In this document: positions 1-9,270 of the stretch, piece by piece
Layout: each line of letters opens with the position of its first letter
Numbering within the stretch: position 1 is the first letter of the stretch
Source: Dehalococcoidia bacterium UBA2160
GTDB taxonomy: Bacteria; Chloroflexota; Dehalococcoidia; Lucifugimonadales; UBA1123
Assembly: GCA_002328865.1 (NCBI GenBank)
Contig: DCWO01000060.1
Span: forward strand, 1-48,747
DNA length: 48,747 bases
Direction of reading: 5' to 3'
Notes under the pieces: generated by a model
Database searches by the model: none
What the model was told of the DNA's origin: nothing
The model's input: only the letters and a program-made list of their open reading frames with translations
Program-made: the position numbers and the translations under genes

Positions 1-1
1 G

Positions 2-181
2 TCGATACTGATCTCAGCAATGGTGCTCATCTTCTACGGCGGATTGTTTTTCACGGCTTTGCCGTTTGCGACGAGCGTGTCGTGGGAGGGTCACCTGTTC
101 GGTCTTATTTCAGGCGTGGCATACGCTCGGGTCACACGTCGACGCAGACGTCAGCGCGTGACGGATCGAACGGCGGGATAG
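2..181 (+). CDS. Rhomboid family intramembrane serine protease, C-terminal part (truncated by window edge)
   Basis: Frame 2 translated by hand reads SILISAMVLIFYGGLFFTALPFATSVSWEGHLFGLISGVAYA...*. SWEGHLFG matches the rhomboid catalytic-His helix. Not in the ORF track. Confidence 0.75.
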   Translation, partial: SILISAMVLIFYGGLFFTALPFATSVSWEGHLFGLISGVAYARVTRRRRRQRVTDRTAG

Positions 182-380
182 CGGGCGTTCGGGTTGGGGT
201 GGAAAGCTCCGCGCGAAGTCGATGAATTGGGTGGTCGCAGTTTACGTTCCAGATGGTATAATACACGCGAAATCCGATTGGACGCCGCTCGGGCCCTTTG
301 TGGCTCGCCGTGACATCTGTCCGACGCCGGCGACAACCCGGACTCAACGGAGATGGAACTCCGCAGCCAAGGAGGGCGCA

Positions 381-1199
381 TTGGCATCTGACGATTACTC
401 GTTCTCCACATTTTCAAAGAATGAATTCTACGGTAAGCTAAATGCCCGATTGGTCGATATGACCGATCTGGGCGCCGGTCAGCGCATTGTCGATCTTGCC
501 TGCGGCACCGGCGGAGTCACCCGGCTGATTCTGGAGCGAATCCGAGATGCGCGCGAATCGGTCATTATCGCCATGGACCACTCTGCCCTTGCGCTGAAAC
601 AAGCCATGGAAGATCTGAAGGACATTCGCGACAACGCGGTGCAGTTCGTACAAAGCCAGGTCGAGCAAGTCTCCGAGGCGCTCAAAGAAAAGGCCGACAC
701 AATCATCTTCTGCAACGCCATCCACTACGTTCCCGACAAGGACGCGCTCGTCGACGAGATCTCGAGAGCGCTGAAGCCAGGCGGGAAGTTCGCGTTCAAC
801 ACCTCGTTCTTCGATGGAGGCCAGCCGCCGGAATCGTTGCAGTTCTATCGCAAATGGATGTTCAAGGCGGCCCGTGACCTTCGCAAGGAGTACGGGTTGA
901 AGCCTGATCGAGTTAACAAGGTTGAGTCGAGAATACAACTGACGGCGGACGACTACAAGGAATTGGTCGAGCGCCACGGGTTTACCATCCTCAAGCAAGA
1001 GATCGACACGGTCAACGTGCCTATCGGCGGATGGCTCGACATTTGCACCTTCGAGGACTTCATCTCGGGCACCTTCCCCGGCGTGCCGTTGCCGAAGGCT
1101 AGCGCCAGCCTCCAGCGTGGTATCGAGCAGGCGTTCGAGGAATTGAACCTGACCTATGTTCCACGCAACTGGTTGGACGTCGTGGCCGTGCGAGCCTGA
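381..1199 (+). CDS. Class I SAM-dependent methyltransferase (UbiE/ArsM-like)
   Basis: Motif I IVDLACGTGG, plus AIHYVPD and LKPGGKF. Start moved to TTG 381 after the AAGGAGG SD. Confidence 0.85.
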   Translation: MASDDYSFSTFSKNEFYGKLNARLVDMTDLGAGQRIVDLACGTGGVTRLILERIRDARESVIIAMDHSALALKQAMEDLKDIRDNAVQFVQSQVEQVSEALKEKADTIIFCNAIHYVPDKDALVDEISRALKPGGKFAFNTSFFDGGQPPESLQFYRKWMFKAARDLRKEYGLKPDRVNKVESRIQLTADDYKELVERHGFTILKQEIDTVNVPIGGWLDICTFEDFISGTFPGVPLPKASASLQRGIEQAFEELNLTYVPRNWLDVVAVRA

Positions 1200-1225
1200 T
1201 CACCTTCGCCTAACGGAGCATCGGC

Positions 1226-2185
1226 ATCCCTTCCCTGTACATCACCGAGCGGGAGGTTGAGCGGTTGCTGTCCATCGACGACGCCATCGTCGCCGTGGAC
1301 GAGTCGCTCATGCATCGGGCGCATGCTCTCGCCGCCAACAACCCCAGGGAACGGGCTGTCGGAGGCCCTGACGTCTACGTCAACACCATGCTCGGCATCG
1401 ACCATGCGTTGGGCGTTCACGGATTCAAGACCTACACCGTCGCCTCGGGCGTCTTCCGTTTCTTCGTCTACCTCTACGACTCCGCGACATCCGGCCTGCT
1501 GGCGATAGTCGAGGCCAACAAGCTTGGGCAGCTCCGCACCGGCGCCGCCACGGGCGTCGCGACGCGCGAGATGGCGAACGCGGACGCCAGCGAGGTCGGG
1601 ATCATCGGCAGTGGATTCCAAGCTCGCAGCCAACTGGAGGCGGTGACGAAGGTGCGTCCCGTCCGCCGAGCGCGGGTGTACAGTCCCACGCGAGAACATC
1701 GGGAGTCGTACGCACATGAGATGTCGCACGAACTCGGCATCGACGTCGCCCCCGTCGACTCGGCGAAAGCCGCGGTTGAAGGCGCGGACATCGCCATCAC
1801 CGTCACGAGCTCACGCGAGCCGGTTTTGAATGGGGAATGGCTCGAGCCCGGCATGCACGTCGTCGCGGCGGGAGGCGCCGACCCATACGTCCGGGAGATC
1901 GACGACCTGACCGTGCAGCGCGCAGACCTGATCGTGGTCGACGACAAGGCGCAGGCGCAGATCGAGGCGGGAGAGTTGATGATGCCTTCTGGGCGGGGTT
2001 TGGTCCTGTGGGAACAGATGCGTGAGCTCTGGCAGATCGTGAGCGGCGAGGTCACAGCGAGAACCGCGCCCGGCGACATCACGCTATTCAAGTCTCTAGG
2101 CATGACGCTGTGGGACATCGCGGCCGCCAAGATCGTCTACGACAGAGCCGTCGAGACCGGGGTGGGACGTTCGCTTCCGGAGTAG
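1226..2185 (+). CDS. Ornithine cyclodeaminase / mu-crystallin family protein
   Basis: LRTGAATGVA, GIIGSGFQA, LEPGMHV and ITLFKSLG motifs. The family-like N-terminus (PSLYITEREVERLL) begins at ATC 1226; first canonical start is TTG 1265. Confidence 0.9.
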   Translation: MPSLYITEREVERLLSIDDAIVAVDESLMHRAHALAANNPRERAVGGPDVYVNTMLGIDHALGVHGFKTYTVASGVFRFFVYLYDSATSGLLAIVEANKLGQLRTGAATGVATREMANADASEVGIIGSGFQARSQLEAVTKVRPVRRARVYSPTREHRESYAHEMSHELGIDVAPVDSAKAAVEGADIAITVTSSREPVLNGEWLEPGMHVVAAGGADPYVREIDDLTVQRADLIVVDDKAQAQIEAGELMMPSGRGLVLWEQMRELWQIVSGEVTARTAPGDITLFKSLGMTLWDIAAAKIVYDRAVETGVGRSLPE

Positions 2186-2207
2186 CGGCGCAGGCTACGT
2201 TGTCGTC

Positions 2208-3197
2208 TTACGAAAACCAGAACCGCTCCCCGCGGTTGTATTTGGCGGCGTAATCTCGGGCGATTCCCGGGACCCTCTCGGCTAGCGCTTCCTGCATATT
2301 TGGATTGGCGACCCAATCAGAAAACGTGCCGATCATGCCGCCCACGAAGAACCCCTCGATCAACTGTTGATGGCCATCGGGCAGATCGCGCAGGCGTCGA
2401 TATCCTTTCAGAAACGCTTCGTGCAATCTCGGTTTCATGTCCGACATTGCGATTGCCAAGTCGAACATGAAGTTTCCGAACGCGCAGAATGAGAAGTCGA
2501 TGAACCGGACATTGCCTTCGTCGAGGATGATGTTCCCTTTGTGCGAGTCGGAGTGCGTTATCCCGTGCGTTTGCCGGCTCTCATCTAGCGAGCGCAGTGC
2601 GTCCGTCAATATCGCTATGGACGTCTCGAATTCGGAATTGTCCGCCGCGCTGATCCGTCCGTCGTCGAGCGCCGGTCGGAGACCGGCTAGGACCCCTTCG
2701 AAGTAATCGACATTACGCCTCGGCCGTGTGAAGCCTTCCGGGACCACCCACTCGCTCGCTTGAATGTGCAACTTGGCCAAAGTTTCGCCGATCTGTCTGG
2801 CCGTGTGCTCAGTCTCCAAATCGCGATGATATGGGCGCCCTTCAACCCATCGCAACAGTGTGGAGTTGACCGGACCAACCGCGCCGGTGGCAATCTGTGT
2901 GACCAACGTCCCCGCTCGGTTTCGCACCGGCCTTTGCAACACCAAGTCGGTATCCCGACTCAGGGCCTCGAGCCACTGGAGCTCCGAGTTGACCGCGTTG
3001 ACGTCGGCGCCGTGTGCGCCCATCGCGCTGGAGACCGGGATGTGGATTCGCAGGAGATATGCATCCGAGCCGGGGCCGTCGATCTTGAACGTCACGTTGT
3101 CGCTGTGCCGGATGAACGACAGCGCGTATTCGTCGATGTCGTACTCCGCCATCGCGCGGTGGGCAAGGTCGTCGAATTGAAGCTGAGCTTGTCCCAT
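2208..3197 (-). CDS. Aminoglycoside phosphotransferase / type II homoserine kinase-like kinase
   Basis: YLLRIH, LAKLH, Brenner motif HSDSHKGNII, FIDFSFC and FDLA. Confidence 0.85.
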   Translation of the reverse strand: MGQAQLQFDDLAHRAMAEYDIDEYALSFIRHSDNVTFKIDGPGSDAYLLRIHIPVSSAMGAHGADVNAVNSELQWLEALSRDTDLVLQRPVRNRAGTLVTQIATGAVGPVNSTLLRWVEGRPYHRDLETEHTARQIGETLAKLHIQASEWVVPEGFTRPRRNVDYFEGVLAGLRPALDDGRISAADNSEFETSIAILTDALRSLDESRQTHGITHSDSHKGNIILDEGNVRFIDFSFCAFGNFMFDLAIAMSDMKPRLHEAFLKGYRRLRDLPDGHQQLIEGFFVGGMIGTFSDWVANPNMQEALAERVPGIARDYAAKYNRGERFWFS

Positions 3198-3274
3198 TCA
3201 CCGTCTCCAGCGTGGACGTGAGTCGACGAGATCGCCAGCCAGGCGTGGCACCCCGAACAGGGCACGACAGCGCG

Positions 3275-3733
3275 TCAGCCCCACAGCGTGGGCCGCGCGG
3301 TCATGATGTAGACGACGAATACCACGATCACGACCAGCGCCGCGGCGATCGAGTTCGCCAGCCGGTCGACTTTTCGGTACTCGCCAGAGTCTTCGCCGCC
3401 TGACTCAGCCAGCCGGATCTGACGCCGCATCAACGGAGCGTACACCGTGATGCCCAGCGCCATCATCAGCAGGTACATCACGATGGACACCACTACCCAC
3501 GGAGTGGTGAACTCCCAATGGCTCTCCTGGATCAACCACAGGCCTGTGACGCCAGCCACGGCGTACGACGGGTTCACGTACGCTCGTTCCATTAACTTAA
3601 TGGTTCGCAGCGTGTACGTCCGCACTTCAGGGTTGTTGACGGCGCGCCTGAACCAGACGAAGTAAGAGATGTTGGCCCCGAACGCGGCGATGGCCGCGAG
3701 GACGTGTACGGTTTTCAGGATTTCGAAGAGCAT
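3275..3733 (-). CDS. DUF2269-like four-helix membrane protein
   Basis: LKTVHVLAAI start, TGLWLI, PWVVVSIVMY and C-terminal YIMTARP. Start set at MLFEILK. Confidence 0.7.
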   Translation of the reverse strand: MLFEILKTVHVLAAIAAFGANISYFVWFRRAVNNPEVRTYTLRTIKLMERAYVNPSYAVAGVTGLWLIQESHWEFTTPWVVVSIVMYLLMMALGITVYAPLMRRQIRLAESGGEDSGEYRKVDRLANSIAAALVVIVVFVVYIMTARPTLWG

Positions 3734-3892
3734 CGGTTTCCTTGACGTCGAGGAACCCTTCCGATCAGCAGGCGATCGGCGGCTTGGCGGCCATTTTCCC
3801 ACTGGCCGACGATCGACAACGGGCCGGGAAAAGAGAAGGGCGCACATTCGTGCGCCCAGCAACTCTGATATCCTCGACGGGGCCGTACGCGA

Positions 3893-4129
3893 CTACATGC
3901 CCCCGGCGCAACCGCAGCCGTTGGGTCCGCATCCGGCGCAACCGCCACCGCCCCCGACAGGTGCGTATTCGCCATCACCGGTGCTGGTGAACGCCGCGAA
4001 GACGGATAGCTGGCGCTTCGATTCGCTGTCGCACTTGGGGCAGGGCACCTCGTCGTCCATGCGGCTGATGGGCCGAAGGCGCTCGAAGCCATGCTCGCAA
4101 ACCGTGCACGCGTACTCGTAGATTGGCAT
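3893..4129 (-). CDS. FmdB family zinc-ribbon protein
   Basis: MPIYEYACTVCEHGFE...CPKCDS with a Gly/Cys-rich tail; GGGAGAG SD. Confidence 0.9.
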   Translation of the reverse strand: MPIYEYACTVCEHGFERLRPISRMDDEVPCPKCDSESKRQLSVFAAFTSTGDGEYAPVGGGGGCAGCGPNGCGCAGGM

Positions 4130-4191
4130 TGGCTCTCCCTCGATGCGAAAATTCGCGGACTCTTCCGCTTTCGACCATTCTAGTATCGACG

Positions 4192-4219
4192 TTGCTCCCG
4201 GTCAACCGGCAGGTATAAT
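4192..4219 (+). promoter_or_regulatory. Putative sigma70 promoter for trpB
   Basis: TTGCTC-16 nt-TATAAT about 90 nt upstream of trpB. Confidence 0.5.
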
Positions 4220-4309
4220 ACCAAGGCTGATTCGACTGCTCGCATCAGCCTTGGCAAGCAACGCCGTTCGTCCGAGAAAGGGCGCGGCGATTAGGAAAGT
4301 AAACGAAAG

Positions 4310-5515
4310 ATGACGAATCCGACACTGCCAGACGATATGGGACGCTTCGGGCCGTTCGGCGGGCGTTTCGTTCCCGAGACCCTCATGAGCGCCGTCCACG
4401 AACTGGACCGCGAATACCGGGCGGCCCAGGCCGATGAGGAGTTCCAGGCGGAGCTGACCGACCTCTCTCACCATTATTCGGGAAGGCCAACGGCGCTCTA
4501 CTACGCGGAGAACCTGACCCGCGAACTCGGCGGCGCTCGAATATACCTCAAACGCGAGGACCTGGCGCACACGGGCGCGCACAAGATCAACAACGCGCTG
4601 GGGCAAGGGTTGCTGGCGCGTCGCATGGGCAAGAGCCGGATCATCGCCGAGACCGGCGCCGGTCAACACGGCGTCGCCACGGCCACGGTCTGCGCCATGC
4701 TCAAGCAAGAGTGCATCGTGTACATGGGCGAGGAGGACATCCGACGGCAGGCGCTCAACGTCTTCCGCATGCGCCTGCTGGGCGCCGAGGTCCGACCTGT
4801 CACGTCGGGCAGCCGCACCCTGAAGGACGCCATCAACGAGGCCATTCGGGACTGGGTGACCAACGTCGAGACAACGTACTATCTGATCGGCAGCGTGGTG
4901 GGCCCGCACCCATACCCGATGATGGTCAGGGACTTCCAGGCGATCATCGGCAGAGAGGCGCGCGAGCAGATCCGCGCTGCCGCGGGCCGGCTCCCCGACT
5001 ACGCGGTCGCATGCGTGGGTGGCGGCAGCAACGCGATTGGCCTGTTCCACGAATTCATCCGTGACCCGGAGGTTAAACTGGTGGGCGTTGAGGCCGCCGG
5101 CCTCGGAGTGGACACCGGGAAGCACGCGGCCACATTGACCGCTGGGAAGGTGGGAGTGCTTCACGGCAGCATGTCGTATCTGCTGCAGGACGAGGACGGT
5201 CAAATCCACGAAGCCCACTCCATTTCGGCGGGCTTGGACTACCCGGGCGTCGGACCGGAGCATAGCTGGCTCAGAGACGAAGGCAGGGCAGAGTACGTCA
5301 ATGTGACCGACGCCGAGGCCCTCGAGGGTTTCGAGCTCCTGTGCCGCTCCGAAGGCATCATCCCGGCGCTGGAGCCCGCCCATGCCGTCTACTATCTGTC
5401 GAAACTGGCGCCGACGCTGTCCAGCGATCAGATCATCCTGATGGGATTGAGCGGCAGAGGCGACAAGGACATCGACACGGTCGCCGAGGCGCTGGGAGTC
5501 AGCATAGGCGAGTAG
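4310..5515 (+). CDS. trpB: Tryptophan synthase beta chain
   Basis: [24 protein letters not shown] (PLP Lys), [31 protein letters not shown] and LSGRGDKD. Confidence 0.98.
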   Translation: MTNPTLPDDMGRFGPFGGRFVPETLMSAVHELDREYRAAQADEEFQAELTDLSHHYSGRPTALYYAENLTRELGGARIYLKREDLAHTGAHKINNALGQGLLARRMGKSRIIAETGAGQHGVATATVCAMLKQECIVYMGEEDIRRQALNVFRMRLLGAEVRPVTSGSRTLKDAINEAIRDWVTNVETTYYLIGSVVGPHPYPMMVRDFQAIIGREAREQIRAAAGRLPDYAVACVGGGSNAIGLFHEFIRDPEVKLVGVEAAGLGVDTGKHAATLTAGKVGVLHGSMSYLLQDEDGQIHEAHSISAGLDYPGVGPEHSWLRDEGRAEYVNVTDAEALEGFELLCRSEGIIPALEPAHAVYYLSKLAPTLSSDQIILMGLSGRGDKDIDTVAEALGVSIGE

Positions 5516-5549
5516 CATCGAAGCCCACGCGTAGAGGGATCGGCGTCGG

Positions 5550-5558
5550 TGCTATAAT
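5550..5558 (+). promoter_or_regulatory. Extended -10 promoter giving a near-leaderless transcript
   Basis: TGCTATAAT ends 9 nt before ATG 5568; no SD in between. Confidence 0.6.
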
Positions 5559-5567
5559 GTTTTGGAA

Positions 5568-5945
5568 ATGTTGTCAGCTTTTGCTCGATTATCAATCCTT
5601 GCTCTCGCCCTGGCGATCGTATTTCCGTCGATTGGCCCGGTGATCGATCACCACTTCGCCGAACGGGATCCCGCCCACCGGCACGTAGGCACGGCGCCAT
5701 CCCACGATCACGAATTGGGACGGCTGCACTCCCATGATCGCGAGGCTTCGAGCAGCCCGACAGCCGTGTTCAGCCTCGACGGCGGTGCCGTCGCACCGGC
5801 TGCCGGAGTTCTTGACGATACGCATCTCGCTTACTCGCTTCGGTTCGAGCCAACTTCGGTTTGGTCGCTAATGACCTGGGACCGAGTCTCGTTCCGAGAC
5901 CATCACACCTCTCCTCCGAAAAGACCGCCGCAACCCCTCGCGTAG
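5568..5945 (+). CDS. His-rich secreted/membrane protein with Pro-rich C-terminus (DUF2946/CutF-like candidate leader)
   Basis: N-terminal hydrophobic helix, DHHFAERDPAHRH...HDH...HSH segment and C-terminal HHTSPPKRPP. Confidence 0.7.
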   Translation: MLSAFARLSILALALAIVFPSIGPVIDHHFAERDPAHRHVGTAPSHDHELGRLHSHDREASSSPTAVFSLDGGAVAPAAGVLDDTHLAYSLRFEPTSVWSLMTWDRVSFRDHHTSPPKRPPQPLA

Positions 5946-6063
5946 GTCTTTGCCCGCAGATTCGCATTCCCTCGTGTAGACTGTCGTCGTGCGTCGAAGG
6001 CAATCCCTTTGGCGATTTACCGTCAGGGAGTTCGTCTGCCATTGTTTCCTAGAGGTGTGCATA

Positions 6064-6633
6064 GTGGTCGTAAAATCAATGGTGTCCGGTCTGATCAGCG
6101 TCGCAATCATCGCTGCATTGGTCGTGATCGTGCCGCCGGCCGTCCAGTCTCACGGCGAAGGCATGGAGTTTACGAACCGCGAGTTCGCCGGGCCGTACGA
6201 GGTCGCTATCGGGACTGCCCCGGATCCACTCGCGGTCGGCAAGGTTCTCATCTCGTTTGTGGTCATAGAGATGTCGAGCCGCACGGTCGTGCTTGGCGCC
6301 GATATTAACGTGACCGGCCGCGGTCCCGACGCGCGGATACCGGACATCGGACCGGCTCCGGCATTCGAGGACCCCACCGACCCGAGCTTTTACGACCTCA
6401 ACACATCCATCGACAGGAAAGGGGAATGGACGTTCGACGTGTCCGTCAGCGCGGAACCCGGAGACGGCGATGCAGTGTTCGTGCTCGAGGTCGCCGAGTC
6501 TAGCGCGATAACCGGCATAATCACGCTGGTCGCCGTGTTGGTCGTGGTCGCAGCTATTGGCGTCGCATTGCGAATGTTCCTCAAGGAAAAGGGCAAAGGC
6601 CGAAGAGTGAAACGTCGCAGAAAAACCGCCTGA
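6064..6633 (+). CDS. YtkA/FixH-like exported Ig-fold protein with C-terminal membrane anchor
   Basis: Signal-like segment ending AVQS-HGEG, AGPYEV, GEWTFDVSV, then a TM helix and basic tail. GTG 6064 follows SD GAGGTG. Confidence 0.6.
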   Translation: MVVKSMVSGLISVAIIAALVVIVPPAVQSHGEGMEFTNREFAGPYEVAIGTAPDPLAVGKVLISFVVIEMSSRTVVLGADINVTGRGPDARIPDIGPAPAFEDPTDPSFYDLNTSIDRKGEWTFDVSVSAEPGDGDAVFVLEVAESSAITGIITLVAVLVVVAAIGVALRMFLKEKGKGRRVKRRRKTA

Positions 6634-6751
6634 ACTGGGCGGGATAGTCACTCTTTGGAGGTCCAATCGGATGAAGATATTCACAGGAAATTTGAACGCT
6701 GCGGGGGTGGCCCCGGGCGATGACAGAAGCAACTCCGAATGCATAAACAGA

Positions 6752-7564
6752 ATGTCCGCCGGGAAACATCGCCGGGGCCTCAATCCGGGTCGATTCAAAA
6801 TCATGGCGACGTTGGGGCTTGCCCTGCTTGTCATGTTGACGCTCGCCGCCTGCAGCGACGACACCAAGCCAGAGGATCGCGAGTTCAGCCTAACGATCGA
6901 GGATGGGAAGCTGACCAGCGAGGCATCTGCGTTCGAGGTCAAACAGGGCGACACGGTCACTCTTGTCTTGGACTCAGACGAAGAGGGTTCGGTCCATCTG
7001 CACGGCTACGACATCAAAGTGGACGTCATGCCCGCGATGGATGCGAAACTGGAATTTGTCGCAAACGCCACCGGAAAATACGAACTCGAGTTCCATCACG
7101 GTGCGATGGATATGGACGAGCATAGCCACGACGAAGAGGATGACCTCTGTAAAGCCCAGATTCCTTCCGGCGCTCCGACACCCAGCTTCACCGTCGCGGC
7201 TTCGCCCGGGGGCATGCCTGGGGAGATGCGCGTCTCGGTGGATCTCGAGAACTTCGTGCTGGAGCCCGCGCCGGCGGGCACGACGCTTGCAACTGGCCAC
7301 TGGCATCTGGACGTCGACGGCGTGGAAATTGCCATGTACGAACAACCCGAAATCACTGAGATGGTGGGAACCGCTGGTGAGCACGAACTAATGGCAACGC
7401 TGTACGATGTCGAGCACTGCTCGTACGGCATCACGGCGATGACGACCGTCACCTTGGAAGAAGGTTCCGGCGTCGAAACCGCGATGCAGATGGAAGACAT
7501 GGATATGGACGAAGAGGCGGAAGAGGGCGTCCTCCTCGGAGCAGTTGAAGTATATCCCAGGTAG
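6752..7564 (+). CDS. Cupredoxin-domain lipoprotein with His/Met-rich segments
   Basis: Lipobox LAAC, VKQGDTVTL...VHLHGYD, GKYELEFHH, MDMDEHSHD, GHWHL and MQMEDMDMD. Start may be 6752 or 6803. Confidence 0.7.
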   Translation: MSAGKHRRGLNPGRFKIMATLGLALLVMLTLAACSDDTKPEDREFSLTIEDGKLTSEASAFEVKQGDTVTLVLDSDEEGSVHLHGYDIKVDVMPAMDAKLEFVANATGKYELEFHHGAMDMDEHSHDEEDDLCKAQIPSGAPTPSFTVAASPGGMPGEMRVSVDLENFVLEPAPAGTTLATGHWHLDVDGVEIAMYEQPEITEMVGTAGEHELMATLYDVEHCSYGITAMTTVTLEEGSGVETAMQMEDMDMDEEAEEGVLLGAVEVYPR

Positions 7565-7573
7565 GAGCGTCTC

Positions 7574-9112
7574 ATGACCAACATCCGAAGGTCCCTGGCT
7601 TTCGGTCTGTTGGCTCTGGCATTGGCCGTGAGCGTGCGCCCCGCGTACGCTCACGGCTTCGGCCAGCGCTACGACCTGCCGGTTCCGTTGAATCTGTTCC
7701 TGCTCGGCGCCGCGGCCACGGTCGCGTTCTCATTCGTCGTCATCGGCGTATTCGTGCGGATGAGACCCGGTGAGACAAGCTACCCGCGTCTGAATCTATT
7801 GCGGCTTCCAGTGCTTGGCGCTGTGATATCGCATCCCGCATTCACGATCCCGTTGCGGCTCGTCGCTTTGGCGATCTTCGCGCTCGTGACAGCGACCGGA
7901 TTGTTTGGGACCAGCCAACCCATAGCCAACCTTTCGCCAACGTTCGTGTGGATCATCTGGTGGGTGGGCATGGGCTATGTTGCGGCGTTGCTCGGAAACG
8001 TCTGGTATGTATTGAATCCTTGGAAGACATCGTACGAGTGGATCCGAGCGGTCGTCTCCCGGGGCGATGAGCGTGAGCCGCCTCTGGCCTATCCCGAAGA
8101 ATGGGGCTCGTGGCCCGCTGTGGGGCTGTTCGTGGCGTTCGCGTGGGTCGAGAACGTGTACGCGGGAGCGGCGCAGCCATTCCGGTTGGCGATCCTGATT
8201 CTGCTGTACTCTGCTGTGACTTGGGCAGGGATGGCGGCATTCGGCAAACACGTCTGGCTCAGGCACGGAGAGGCGTTCACCGTGCTGTTCGGGTTCTTCG
8301 CGCGCTTCTCGCCGACCGAGGTGCGCGTGGCCGACGACTACCGGTGTCAGTCGTGCAGCCTGGAATGCGGACTGGGGTCAGAGGGGTGCGTCGACTGCTA
8401 CGAGTGCTTCGAGTACGCCGACCTTGGCGACCGCGAGCTGAACCTCCGACCCTACGCGGTAGGACTCGCCCTTCCGCAGCGGGTGTCGACCTCCGTGGCG
8501 GCGTTCGTGGTGCTGGCCCTGGCCACCGTGACCTTCGACGGATTCCAGGACACGTCTACGTGGGCCACGGTTCAACAGAACTTGGGCGACTGGATCTCGG
8601 AAGTCGGCGGAGACCCCGAGGGTTTGATCGACACCGTGGGACTCGTGGCCGTGCCGCTGCTGTTCATGGCCGTCTACCTCGGCTTCTCGTGGGCGATCGG
8701 ACGGTTGTCCGGGTCCGAGTCTAACGTGGGAGAGACCGCAAAGATCTTCGTGTTCTCGTTGGTGCCGATTGCGTTGGCTTACAACCTAGCCCACTTCATC
8801 TCGCTGCTGGCGATTCAGGGGCAACTGATAATCCCTTTGGTCTCGGACCCGTTCGGGTCGGGCTGGGACATATTCGGAACTGTCGATTACACAACAAAAT
8901 TGAACGCCGTCAACGCCAAGTTCGTCTGGTACATTTCAGTGATTGCAATCGTGTTGGGACACATAGTTTCGGTTTATGTCGCCCATCTGATCGCACTACG
9001 CACGACGCCCGACCACTCGAAAGCGCTGAAAGGCCAGTACCCGATGCTTGCGCTGATGGTCCTGTACACGGCCACGAGCCTGTGGATAATCGGGCAACCG
9101 ATTGTGGAGTGA
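7574..9112 (+). CDS. Polytopic membrane protein of the type often annotated 'fenitrothion hydrolase FedB-like', with a Cys-rich insert
   Basis: AYAHGFGQRYDLPVP, FVWIIWWVG, NPW, SLVPIALAYNLAHF, SDPFGSGWDIFGT and QYPMLALMVLYT; AGGAG SD. Confidence 0.7.
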   Translation: MTNIRRSLAFGLLALALAVSVRPAYAHGFGQRYDLPVPLNLFLLGAAATVAFSFVVIGVFVRMRPGETSYPRLNLLRLPVLGAVISHPAFTIPLRLVALAIFALVTATGLFGTSQPIANLSPTFVWIIWWVGMGYVAALLGNVWYVLNPWKTSYEWIRAVVSRGDEREPPLAYPEEWGSWPAVGLFVAFAWVENVYAGAAQPFRLAILILLYSAVTWAGMAAFGKHVWLRHGEAFTVLFGFFARFSPTEVRVADDYRCQSCSLECGLGSEGCVDCYECFEYADLGDRELNLRPYAVGLALPQRVSTSVAAFVVLALATVTFDGFQDTSTWATVQQNLGDWISEVGGDPEGLIDTVGLVAVPLLFMAVYLGFSWAIGRLSGSESNVGETAKIFVFSLVPIALAYNLAHFISLLAIQGQLIIPLVSDPFGSGWDIFGTVDYTTKLNAVNAKFVWYISVIAIVLGHIVSVYVAHLIALRTTPDHSKALKGQYPMLALMVLYTATSLWIIGQPIVE

Positions 9113-9203
9113 ACGAGCGAACCACGGCCACATGGCCGGCCGCCGGGGGGAATTGGCGAAGTTGTGAACGGCGCCATCCGGAACTCGGATGTCGGCGCCC
9201 GAA

Positions 9204-9236
9204 GACGGCGAGAGAGCGTCCGAAAACCTCGCCGTC
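9204..9236 (+). terminator. GC-rich hairpin after the metal cluster (possible terminator, no U-tract)
   Basis: GACGGCGAG...CTCGCCGTC is a perfect 9-bp inverted repeat. Confidence 0.35.
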
Positions 9237-9240
9237 AGCG

Positions 9241-9270
9241 TTGACCGTAGCGACGCGCCGCCCGTATAAT
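9241..9270 (+). promoter_or_regulatory. sigma70 promoter of the pur cluster
   Basis: TTGACC-18 nt-TATAAT. Confidence 0.7.

Noticed and set aside
4202-5518. Long antisense ORFs (also 11628-12617, 26331-27578, 28588-30267, 38457-39380)
   Set aside because: They mirror well-supported genes on the opposite strand, as expected in high-GC DNA, and show no family motifs.
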